DNA from: Bacteroidales bacterium | GTDB taxonomy: Bacteria > Bacteroidota > Bacteroidia > Bacteroidales > JAIPAP01 | Assembly: GCA_021740045.1 (NCBI GenBank) | Contig: JAIPAP010000002.1 | Location: 13,391-77,390 of the forward strand | Direction of reading: 5' to 3' | Length of the DNA: 64,000 bases | Shown here: positions 19,950-29,030 of the stretch, piece by piece | Numbering within the stretch: the first letter of the stretch is position 1 | How the letters are laid out: each line of letters begins with the position of its first letter | The notes under the pieces: generated by a model | What the model was told of the DNA's origin: nothing | What the model saw: the letters and a program-made list of their open reading frames with translations, nothing else | Databases searched by the model: none | Program-made: the position numbers and the translations under genes

Positions 19950-20366
19950 ATGAAAAGAATTTTAGCATTATTAATGGTTTTCAGCATGGCCATTATATTT
20001 TTAATGGCATTTACATTTCCACAAGATCAAAAAGAAGGCAAACCCTGGGATATTCCTGAAAAATACAAAAAGATGGAAAATCCGCATAAGGGTGACAAAC
20101 GATCGGTACGAATCGGCAAGATGCTTTATTCCAAGCATTGTAAATCGTGCCATGGCAACAAAGGAGCCGGTGACGGCCCGCGTGCCAAGCAACTGGAAAC
20201 ACAACCCAACGACTTTGGCACTAAAGAATTCCAGGAGCAAAAAGCCGGTGTGTTGTATTATAAATCATTTATCGGCCGTGGGGAAATGCCCAATTTCGAA
20301 AAGGAAATTCCCGTTGAGGAAGACCGTTGGGCTATTATCAATTACATGAGAACATTTGGTAAATAA
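19950..20366 (+). CDS. periplasmic monohaem class I cytochrome c (paralog 2)
   Basis: Same length (138 aa) as the 16024-16440 product. Roughly four-fifths of mature-region residues are identical by eye. CKSCHG motif, with aaggag upstream. Confidence 0.85.
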   Translation: MKRILALLMVFSMAIIFLMAFTFPQDQKEGKPWDIPEKYKKMENPHKGDKRSVRIGKMLYSKHCKSCHGNKGAGDGPRAKQLETQPNDFGTKEFQEQKAGVLYYKSFIGRGEMPNFEKEIPVEEDRWAIINYMRTFGK

Positions 20367-20376
20367 AGTCCTCACC

Positions 20377-20438
20377 CCCCTTTCGTTGCCAGAATACTTT
20401 TAAAAGACCTTCTTTTAACAGATCGGTTGCGAAAGGGG
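20377..20438 (+). terminator. long-loop hairpin downstream of cytochrome c paralog 2
   Basis: Arms cccctttcg / cgaaagggg with a ~45-nt loop, followed by ttgtttattt. It sits in the same place as the hairpin after paralog 1. Confidence 0.3.
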
Positions 20439-20892
20439 TTGTTTATTTCAACCACCTCATTACTCCAGCCTTCACTTATAGATGAAAACAAATTTTGACT
20501 TTGCGAAAGAGTTAGGAGCGAATATTCTGGGAAGTTGCCGCGTATTTGATTAGGAATGAGTATGAAAAGCCCGTCCATATGAATACGGCAAAAACGCTGG
20601 CTGGCGTGCGTTTGGAGCGAATTACATAAATCGTGAGTAATTGTCCTAACCTATCGGTTTGCAGCGGCTTAACGCGTGCCCGGCAAATTTCCTCGTTTGT
20701 AACGAGATTTTATTACACACCGCTAAAACCGGCATGATTTGCACATTGCAGGCAGCATTTAGCTTTATCTCATCACAGACGAGTGATATAGAAAGGCACA
20801 CGATGCTATCGCGCGCCAGCAGCCGGGTTGCAAAATTAAAAATGGCAAGGATTTGTATAGACAAAAGTTGAAAAGATCAAAGCTGATTTCGC

Positions 20893-21108
20893 AACCACTC
20901 ATTCCACCAATTAACCACTCAACCACTCAACCACTCAACCATTCAACCACTCAACCACTCAACCAATCAACCAATTAACCACTCAACCAATCAACCACTC
21001 AACCATTCAACCAATCAACCATTCAACCAATCAACCATTCAACCATTCAACCAATCAACCAATTAACCAATCAACCAATCAACCACTCAACCATTCCACC
21101 AATCAACC
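20893..21108 (+). repeat. 8-bp tandem repeat array, about 27 units of A(A/C/T)TCAACC
   Basis: Direct reading shows a strictly 8-nt register from 20901 to 21108. The plus strand has no G at all from 20892 to 21131. Confidence 0.95.
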
Positions 21109-21307
21109 ATACAATACATCACCTCTTTTCAGCATTATTAAAAACCAATACCAAAAATACCTTGCTTTTTTCCACATTTGTTTTTACTTTTAACCATTGA
21201 AATGCCTGATGGTTGTATTTGGTTGTTTGTGTTGCTATAGAATTCTTGTTTTCAGGCCTTTCCCGGTGTGGAAAAACAGCAAACAAAATAATTAAACTCG
21301 TAAAATC

Positions 21308-22765
21308 ATGAAAACCAAGTCCCTTTTTTCGCTACTGATCGGCCTGAGTATAATTCACCTTGCATTTACCCAAGAGCTTCACCAATGGCATGAACCTGTT
21401 ATGCTTACTGATTCTTTATCGGATAACCATGATCCCTGCATCAGCACCTTTAACTCCATTACCCCTGCTCAAAGCATAATGGCGTGGGAGAAAGTGATCA
21501 ATGAAAACACAACAGCCATTTGCATACGTGAACTCACAGAAATGCCCCCAACCGATACGGTTCTCTATGAAGATAATGTCCATTACCTGAACCCGGAGAT
21601 CATGAAACCTTATCATGGATTTCCCAAATCGGAGGTGATGTATTTATTGATTTATAACCGGGTTGAAGGAGAAGATCACAGCCTTGCATACTTTGAAGCT
21701 TATGATGACGGCACCTATTCGGAACCCACCGAAATTGCTTCTGCAATTGGCGATTCATTGGCATTTTCAGCGGCAAATGAAATTGGAATAGCTTACAGCA
21801 AGCAAGAGGAAATACGCTATGCTCCTTTGCTGGAAGAAAAATCGAAAGACCTGTATTTTGGCGAAGTCCAGGTAGTGGATACCGGGAATTGCTTCTCTCC
21901 ATTCCTTTCAATGGATTATAAGTTATGCTGGCTTAAAGCTGTGGATGATAGTATGGCTATTATGCATTCAGCATACAGTTTTTATCAGGATGAATGGTCG
22001 GAGCCCGAAGAAGTGTATAGAGGCCAAGAAATAACTGGGTTTGGCGGAAATAAGAAAGGAGCTTTTACAAGCCTTATTCATTGGTATGAACCGGCCGAGC
22101 CATACAGCAAGGTCTTTTATTATGGACTATTGAGCGGTGAACTTCACGAAATGGAAATACCGGAAAACACCGCTAAAAGTTACCCAACTGTAATCACCTA
22201 TCCAATGATCACCACCGGTTTTACTATTGTTGATGCCCTTATTGGCTTTGTCGTCGATTCGGGGGATAATCCTGAAATCTTTGCCAATAATCAAATGTAT
22301 GGCAGTTATCCCGAAATAAACATCTCCAATTATGCCGGGATGGATACCAAACCGGAAATGTTCCTGGGCGAAATAGGTCCATACTGGATGGAAATTCTTT
22401 GCACCTGGGAATCCTACCGGAACGGGCATTGGGTGATTATGAAGAATTACTTATATGCTGCATTAGGCAGCGTGGAGGAAACCGAAAGTACTGCCGGGGA
22501 TTTCAAATTGCACCCCAACCCAATGGATCATTCTGCTACTGTTAGTTATGAGCTGAACAATCCCGGCCCTGTTCGTATAAGCATTTACGATCAACGCGGA
22601 AAAATAATCAAAACACTGATTAATGAGGAAAAGGATAGCGGCCATCATCAAATCACATGGGACAGGACAAGTGCTGATGGAACTGATGTGCCGCCGGGTA
22701 TTTATTTGATTAGATTTAATACCGGGAGCCAATCTGCCTCCAAAAAACTAATAGTCATCCATTAA
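21308..22765 (+). CDS. T9SS cargo protein, tandem paralog 1 of 5
   Basis: Signal peptide MKTKSLFSLLIGLSIIHLAFTQ. Conserved family motifs (W.EPV.LTD..SDN..P, NISNY.G.DTKPE, WES.RNGHW). C-terminal HPNPMDHSATVSY...GIYLIRF. Confidence 0.85.
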   Translation: MKTKSLFSLLIGLSIIHLAFTQELHQWHEPVMLTDSLSDNHDPCISTFNSITPAQSIMAWEKVINENTTAICIRELTEMPPTDTVLYEDNVHYLNPEIMKPYHGFPKSEVMYLLIYNRVEGEDHSLAYFEAYDDGTYSEPTEIASAIGDSLAFSAANEIGIAYSKQEEIRYAPLLEEKSKDLYFGEVQVVDTGNCFSPFLSMDYKLCWLKAVDDSMAIMHSAYSFYQDEWSEPEEVYRGQEITGFGGNKKGAFTSLIHWYEPAEPYSKVFYYGLLSGELHEMEIPENTAKSYPTVITYPMITTGFTIVDALIGFVVDSGDNPEIFANNQMYGSYPEINISNYAGMDTKPEMFLGEIGPYWMEILCTWESYRNGHWVIMKNYLYAALGSVEETESTAGDFKLHPNPMDHSATVSYELNNPGPVRISIYDQRGKIIKTLINEEKDSGHHQITWDRTSADGTDVPPGIYLIRFNTGSQSASKKLIVIH

Positions 22766-22821
22766 AGGGAACATAGCCATTATGAAATTCACCAAATTGC
22801 GATAACCAAAATACATCAACC

Positions 22822-24276
22822 ATGAAAACTAAAAACATTTTTATGCTACTGATCAGCCTTAGTTTAATTCACCTTGCATTCGCGCAGGAATTTTACGAAT
22901 GGCAGGAACCGGTCATGCTTACCGATGCATCATCGGATAACTTCAACCCTTATATCAGCCATTTATACGCATCAAATGATCAAAAAACGATCATGGCATG
23001 GGAAAAGATCATCAATGAAAACACTACCGCCGTTTGCATGCGGGAATTGATGGAAATGACACCGGTAGACACTTTTTTGTATGAAGAAAATGTGCATTAC
23101 CTGAATCCTGAGATCATGAAACCATCATGGTTTTTTGATGGGTCGGAAATTCTCTATTTGCTTTTTTATAATAAGGTTGAAAGCAATACGCATAGTCTTA
23201 ACTATATAACTTTTTATGAAGACGGCACCTATTCTCCCCCTACCCCAATGGCCTCCAGTACAGAGGATTCACTGCATTTTTCGGTAGCCGATGGATTAGG
23301 CGTTTCATGGAATGAGGGAGGAGGCATTTATTTCTCCCGGGTTTTTAATAATGGGCCAAAAGGCATTCAATTGGGAAGCATCGATCAGCTCGACTCGGTG
23401 AATTGCAGCAACCCTGTCCTTACAAACCTTTTCCACTGTGCCTGGCTAAAACCCAACGGGAACAATCTTAGCATCTACTCTGCCGAGTATAACCCCTGGG
23501 ATCAATTGTGGAACGACCCGGTGGAAGTCCATACAGCTTCGGAAATAAAAGGATTTGGTGGAAGCACAAAAGCCTTTATGTATGATGCGTTGTTTTGGTT
23601 TGATCATAATGAGCCTTACAACAGGGCTTTTTATTATGATCTGCAATATGATGAGGTCATTGAAGTAGATAAGCCCTATAATACCGATAAAAGCTACCCT
23701 ACAGCCCTTGATCATCCCATTATGGTTACTGCTTTTGATATTCCCCAAACCCTTGTCTCATTTGTAGCTGACTCAGGGAATAATCCTGAGATTTATGCCA
23801 ATACCTATAATGGAGCGAATGAATATGTGAATATTTCGAATGATCCGGGCCTGGATACCAAACCAGAATTATACATCGGTGAAACGGGAGGTTATTGGAT
23901 GAAAATCCACTGCGTATGGGAATCGAAAAATAACGGGCATAGTGTATTGATGGGGAATTATATGAAGGTGATGATGGGAAGTACTAATGAAAACCAATCC
24001 CAACATAATGACATGAGCATCCACCCCAACCCCATGAGCAATTTAACAACCATTGAATACGCACTAAAGGAAAAAGGTGAGGTTTCCATTCAAATCTATG
24101 ATCAGCACGGAAAGCTAATCGACCATCTTGTCAATGAAGAAAAGGCGGCCGGAAGCCATCAAGTAAGATGGAATGGAACATCGATCAATGGAACACCGGT
24201 ACCGGCGGGGGTGTATTTGGTAAAGATAGAAACAAAAGGAATTACCGAAACTGAAAAATTAATCATCAACAAATAA
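22822..24276 (+). CDS. T9SS cargo protein, tandem paralog 2 of 5
   Basis: Closest to paralog 1 along the body of the protein. CTD is HPNPMSNLTTIEYALKEKGEVSIQIYDQHGKLIDHL. Confidence 0.85.
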   Translation: MKTKNIFMLLISLSLIHLAFAQEFYEWQEPVMLTDASSDNFNPYISHLYASNDQKTIMAWEKIINENTTAVCMRELMEMTPVDTFLYEENVHYLNPEIMKPSWFFDGSEILYLLFYNKVESNTHSLNYITFYEDGTYSPPTPMASSTEDSLHFSVADGLGVSWNEGGGIYFSRVFNNGPKGIQLGSIDQLDSVNCSNPVLTNLFHCAWLKPNGNNLSIYSAEYNPWDQLWNDPVEVHTASEIKGFGGSTKAFMYDALFWFDHNEPYNRAFYYDLQYDEVIEVDKPYNTDKSYPTALDHPIMVTAFDIPQTLVSFVADSGNNPEIYANTYNGANEYVNISNDPGLDTKPELYIGETGGYWMKIHCVWESKNNGHSVLMGNYMKVMMGSTNENQSQHNDMSIHPNPMSNLTTIEYALKEKGEVSIQIYDQHGKLIDHLVNEEKAAGSHQVRWNGTSINGTPVPAGVYLVKIETKGITETEKLIINK

Positions 24277-24300
24277 TGATCAATCCAAAAAAACTGCCCT

Positions 24301-25746
24301 ATGAAACCAAAAACCACATTTTTACTCGCAATAACCGTACTGCTGTCAAATCTTTTGGCAGCTCAGGAATTGTACGAATGGCATGGCGCTGAACTGATCA
24401 CCGACACAGTCTCGGATAATCATCATCCTTTTGTGATCCACTGGGATAACACCTATGTGTATTGGGAAAAATCGGCCGGTGATGCCACCATGATCTGCCG
24501 CAAGGACATTACCACTGAAAAAACTTCAATCGATACGATTTTATACCAGGATGGTGTCCATTTTAAAAATCCACGCGCTATGAAGCTCTCGCTCTTTCAG
24601 CGGCAAATTTACGATACCGAGTACATGTTGCTTTATGAGCGTTGGACAGATGAGGAAGGGAGTGTTTATTACCTGAAATATCAAAACGGGGGCATATTCT
24701 CCGATCCTATCCTCATCTCCGATTCATTATCGGTTGCAAACAGCGTTTTCTCAAGGTCACAACACGGGGCTGTTTGGCTTTTAGATAATAAAATCCTGTA
24801 CTCTAATCTTACGGTTGATGCCGGTTTTGAATCACCGGTTGTGATCGATTCGGGCAATTACCGGAAACCTGTCCTTACCATTGAAAACGGATGCGCATGG
24901 TTAACGGAGAGTGAAGCGCAAACACAGCTTCTATATGCTGAGCAGGATAAATCAAACGGTTGGATGGATCCCCAGGTGGTATATGAAAGCGACACCCTGT
25001 TTGACCTTACCACGGAATTGAATACAGCTATGAACGGGAGCTATTCACTTGTTTCATTCGGGACCGTTGAAAATCAAATGCATACGGTAAAAAATTACGA
25101 TATCGATGATAACACGATAAGGGATGTAGATTATCCTGAAAATGCCGAAAAGGAGCTTCCCACCGTAATTTCAAAATACATTCCGGTAAAAAGACTTGAT
25201 GCTTTTTTTTATACAGCCCTTGTTAGTGATACTGATTCCGGTAGGGAGATTTTCGCATCCGGGGATGGCTTTCAATCAATTAATGCAAATATCTCCAATT
25301 ATCCGGGAACCGATACCAACCCCAAGCTTTTCTACGGAGGTAGCGGTTGGGTCGATTCTCCATATGTTGAATTGATTTGCATATGGGAATCAAACCGAAA
25401 TGAACACTGGGCTTTGGCGATGAATAAAATCTGGATAGATGCAAGCAGTAGTCTTCTGGAAGAACCTTCAGATAATGCAAGCCTTTCCATAAAACCCAAC
25501 CCCATGAGCAATTCAACAACCATTGAATACGCACTAAAGGAAAAAGGTGAGGTTTCCATTCAAATCTATGATCAGCACGGAAAGCTAATCGACCATCTTT
25601 TAAATGAAGAAAAGGCTGCCGGAAGCCATCAAGTAAGATGGAATGGAACATCGATCAATGGAACACAGGTACCGGCGGGGGTGTATTTGGTAAAGATAAA
25701 AGCTCTAGGAATTACTAGAACTAAGAAATTAATCATCAACAAATAA
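24301..25746 (+). CDS. T9SS cargo protein, tandem paralog 3 of 5
   Basis: Second subfamily (shared with paralogs 4 and 5), yet its CTD is nearly identical to that of paralog 2. Confidence 0.85.
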   Translation: MKPKTTFLLAITVLLSNLLAAQELYEWHGAELITDTVSDNHHPFVIHWDNTYVYWEKSAGDATMICRKDITTEKTSIDTILYQDGVHFKNPRAMKLSLFQRQIYDTEYMLLYERWTDEEGSVYYLKYQNGGIFSDPILISDSLSVANSVFSRSQHGAVWLLDNKILYSNLTVDAGFESPVVIDSGNYRKPVLTIENGCAWLTESEAQTQLLYAEQDKSNGWMDPQVVYESDTLFDLTTELNTAMNGSYSLVSFGTVENQMHTVKNYDIDDNTIRDVDYPENAEKELPTVISKYIPVKRLDAFFYTALVSDTDSGREIFASGDGFQSINANISNYPGTDTNPKLFYGGSGWVDSPYVELICIWESNRNEHWALAMNKIWIDASSSLLEEPSDNASLSIKPNPMSNSTTIEYALKEKGEVSIQIYDQHGKLIDHLLNEEKAAGSHQVRWNGTSINGTQVPAGVYLVKIKALGITRTKKLIINK

Positions 25747-25769
25747 TTACTGATCCAAAAAACAAAGTC

Positions 25770-27200
25770 ATGAAACCAATACAAGTCTTAATTCTAGCGT
25801 GCATCTTGCTAATGAATCAATCCATTCACTCCCAGGAACTCAATGAGTGGCAAGGTGTAGAGTTAATCACAGACACCATCTCCGACAATCATAATCCTTT
25901 TATAATCAACTGGGACGGATTATTTATCTATTGGGAACGGTCAGCGCCGGAAGCCACCCTGATATGCTGCAAGAGCCTCTATAACCTCCAGGCTGAAGTC
26001 GACACCGTCTTATTTGAGCCGGGTGTGCATTTCAGAAATCCCCGGGGCTTAAAACTATCCCCTTATCAACAACTGACTTATGATGCCGAGTTCCTGCTGG
26101 TTTATGAAAGATGGGAAAATGATGAAGGCCATGTGGCTTACCTGAAATTTTATGGTGATGGCACATACTCCGATCCCATCCTTATTTCAGAAGAAATCGT
26201 TCCCATGAACAGCGTATTTTCCCGCGATGGTATCGGTATAGTTTGGATGGATGATGGAAGAATCATGTTTTCCAATCTAACAAATAATGCAGGTTTTGAG
26301 CAGCCCGTTGTGGTTGATTCGGGGAATTACAGAATGCCTGTGATTACTCCAACGTTTTATTTTGCCTGCCTTGCTGAAATCGGGGATCAAACCAATCTTA
26401 TGACCTTTTCAAATGGCCCCGAGCCACAAATTGAATATGAAGCTGATACACTTTTTGATTTAACGACAGAATTGAACCTGGGAATGAATGGAAACATGTC
26501 CCATATCTCTTTTGGTAGCATTGAAAATCAGCTGTATAAAGCTCAAATATACAGATTGGAGACATCAACCTTAACTGAAATTATCTATCCTGAGGGTGTG
26601 GAAAAGTTTTTTCCTTCTGTGATGTCGCTGGAAGTTCCTGTAAAAAAAACATATTTACCATGCATGGCAACTTTTGTAAGTGATACTGGAGACGGTAAAG
26701 AAATCTTCGCGGATGGCTTTTTTACTTCTCCGTCTACTCAGAATATTTCCAACTACCAGGGCACAGACACAAAACCCAAGCTATTTTATGGAGCCACTGG
26801 ATTTAAAGAGGGTATACGTGTTGAGATGATTTGTGTTTGGGAATCAAATCGCAACAATCACTGTGCACTTGCCATGAATAAAATTTGGATGGATATCCCG
26901 GGTAATACAGATGAAGGGGATCATGTTCAAAAAGCTTTTTCCATCAAACCCAACCCCATGAGCAATTCAACAACCATCGAATACACACTAAAGGAAAAAG
27001 GTGAGGTTTCCATTCAAATCTATGATCAGCACGGAAAGCTAATCGACCATCTTTTAAATGAAGAAAAGGCTGCCGGAACCCATCAAGTGCAATGGAATGG
27101 AACAACATTCAATGGAAAGCCGGTACCGGCGGGGGTGTATTTGGTTAAGATGGAAACAGCGGGACTGAGTCAGACAGGAAAATTGATCATTAATAAGTGA
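25770..27200 (+). CDS. T9SS cargo protein, tandem paralog 4 of 5
   Basis: Same family. CTD is KPNPMSNSTTIEYTLKEKGEVSIQIYDQHGKLIDHL. Confidence 0.85.
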   Translation: MKPIQVLILACILLMNQSIHSQELNEWQGVELITDTISDNHNPFIINWDGLFIYWERSAPEATLICCKSLYNLQAEVDTVLFEPGVHFRNPRGLKLSPYQQLTYDAEFLLVYERWENDEGHVAYLKFYGDGTYSDPILISEEIVPMNSVFSRDGIGIVWMDDGRIMFSNLTNNAGFEQPVVVDSGNYRMPVITPTFYFACLAEIGDQTNLMTFSNGPEPQIEYEADTLFDLTTELNLGMNGNMSHISFGSIENQLYKAQIYRLETSTLTEIIYPEGVEKFFPSVMSLEVPVKKTYLPCMATFVSDTGDGKEIFADGFFTSPSTQNISNYQGTDTKPKLFYGATGFKEGIRVEMICVWESNRNNHCALAMNKIWMDIPGNTDEGDHVQKAFSIKPNPMSNSTTIEYTLKEKGEVSIQIYDQHGKLIDHLLNEEKAAGTHQVQWNGTTFNGKPVPAGVYLVKMETAGLSQTGKLIINK

Positions 27201-27229
27201 TCTTCAAACCAGTATAAAAAAAATACATC

Positions 27230-28672
27230 ATGAGAACAACACACAAATTACTTCTTCTTTTAAGCATTTGGTTAGTTGCCAATGCCGGTTTTGCCCAGCC
27301 CTATGGACAGTGGCTGGATGCCAAACTGATCACCGATACGGTTTCGGATAACCACTATCCTTTCCTGGTGCATACCAATTTTACGTATGTGTATTGGGAA
27401 AAAACAGCCCCCGATGGCACAATGATCTGCTACAGGAATATTTCGGAAGAGAATTCCGAAACGGACACCATTCTTTATGAAGCCGGTGTGGATTTCCGCA
27501 ACCCGCGGGCAATGGACGTATCGCCTTATGCCGGTTACGATGCCGAGTACTTTTTGCTTTACGAACGCTGGGAAGACGATGAAGGCAGTATTCATTACAT
27601 GGAATGCGATAGTGACGGCCCCACTTCCGCTCCCATCCTGATCTCCGGCGATATCACTGTTTTGCACAGCATGTTTTCGCAGGATCGTGAAGGATTGGTA
27701 TGGATGAATGGGGAGGAGATTTTATATGCGCGGCTTACATCCGCTTCAGGATTTGATGAACCTGTGCTTATTGTTACAGGCAATTTCCTTTCGCCGGTCT
27801 TATCAATAGATGGGAATAAATGTGCATGGCTTTCATATAATGGTTCCCAAATGCAATTGATGTATTCCTTTGCAAAAGGCCGACATATGAAAAATCAAGC
27901 AATAGTAGCCTATGAGGCTGATACACTGTTCAATCTCACCACAGAACAAAATAATGGGGGCTTTAACTATGGGTGTATGGTATCATTCGGAACCAAGGAA
28001 AATCAAAATTATACTATAAAAAATCTTAGGCTTGACCATCCCGATCCATACAACATCATCTACCCGGAAGGCTATGATAAAATGCAGTCATCCATTTTAA
28101 CGCTTGATCAAATAGTCAAGCCTTTTAGGCCGGATTATCCCGGATGTTTAACCACATTAGTTTGTGATACCGGATCGGGTAAGGAAATATTTGCCAATTC
28201 ACCGGAATCGGTCCATACCACCATTAATATTTCAAATTATCCGGGAGATGATATAAAGCCAAGGCTTTTCTACGGTGCTGTTGAAAATGTAAAAGATCAA
28301 TCGGTTGAACAATTATGCTTATGGGAAACTTACCGGAACGGACATTGGGCATTAGCAATGAATAAAATAGTTTTCTTAATTACCGGTGAATCAGAAATAA
28401 AAGCGCCATCCCAAAACAAACTCACCATCACGCCTAATCCCATTGCCCAACATGCCACCATAAACTATTCCCTGGAGCATGCCGGTATAGTGAGCATTGA
28501 TATGTATAACCCGGACGGTATGCATATGATAAACCTGCTTAATGAAACCCAACAGCCTGGGGATCATGCACTAAACTGGAATAAGCAGGAATATCAACTC
28601 CCAGCCGGGGTTTATATCATTACCTTGAAAACAGCACAGGAAAAAATTTCACAAAAAGTAGTTATTCGCTAG
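27230..28672 (+). CDS. T9SS cargo protein, tandem paralog 5 of 5
   Basis: Same family, but with a divergent CTD (TPNPIAQHATINYSL...GVYIITL). Confidence 0.85.
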   Translation: MRTTHKLLLLLSIWLVANAGFAQPYGQWLDAKLITDTVSDNHYPFLVHTNFTYVYWEKTAPDGTMICYRNISEENSETDTILYEAGVDFRNPRAMDVSPYAGYDAEYFLLYERWEDDEGSIHYMECDSDGPTSAPILISGDITVLHSMFSQDREGLVWMNGEEILYARLTSASGFDEPVLIVTGNFLSPVLSIDGNKCAWLSYNGSQMQLMYSFAKGRHMKNQAIVAYEADTLFNLTTEQNNGGFNYGCMVSFGTKENQNYTIKNLRLDHPDPYNIIYPEGYDKMQSSILTLDQIVKPFRPDYPGCLTTLVCDTGSGKEIFANSPESVHTTINISNYPGDDIKPRLFYGAVENVKDQSVEQLCLWETYRNGHWALAMNKIVFLITGESEIKAPSQNKLTITPNPIAQHATINYSLEHAGIVSIDMYNPDGMHMINLLNETQQPGDHALNWNKQEYQLPAGVYIITLKTAQEKISQKVVIR

Positions 28673-28680
28673 AATTTAAA

Positions 28681-28706
28681 AAGCCGGGCTATGTGCCCGG
28701 CTTTAT
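28681..28706 (+). terminator. rho-independent terminator ending the paralog array
   Basis: Stem aagccgggc / gcccggctt with a 5-nt loop, 9 nt after the stop at 28672. Confidence 0.7.
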
Positions 28707-29030
28707 CTCGCTTTACCGTTTTTAACCAAAATCCTAAATTAATTAGCGAGAGATCTCCAAAATCGGTTGTCTAACAATGAAAATAAATGTTGTGCAAAAA
28801 CTATTCTCATAACTTCAAAATACCATGTAATATTTTACCCTCAATGTTAACAAATTGTTATAATTGATTAACCAATAAAACACTAATAGACTTATTATCA
28901 ATTTTTTAAACCCAGTTGTTCGAATTCGTATTTACAAGTACGAATAAATAAATTGTCATGTCGAATTCTTTTTATCCTGCATTTCATATCCTGTTTTGGG
29001 AAGATTTATCCCATTTTAGGTGAAATGCAA

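Noticed and set aside
20646-20871. Two ~70-aa ORFs overlapping on opposite strands
   Set aside because: Each occupies the same DNA on the opposite strand, which argues against either being a real gene, and neither shows coding features. The region is kept only as a possible RNA or pseudogene.
20893-21108. Regular short repeats that might be a CRISPR array
   Set aside because: The period is only 8 nt, with no unique spacers between units, and no cas genes are in the window. It is a microsatellite-like tandem repeat, not a CRISPR array.
28707-29030. AT-rich spacer with a small hairpin (attcgta / tacgaat near 28923-28944), examined for a tRNA or small RNA
   Set aside because: No cloverleaf-compatible arms or T-loop consensus are present. 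The hairpin is short and isolated.
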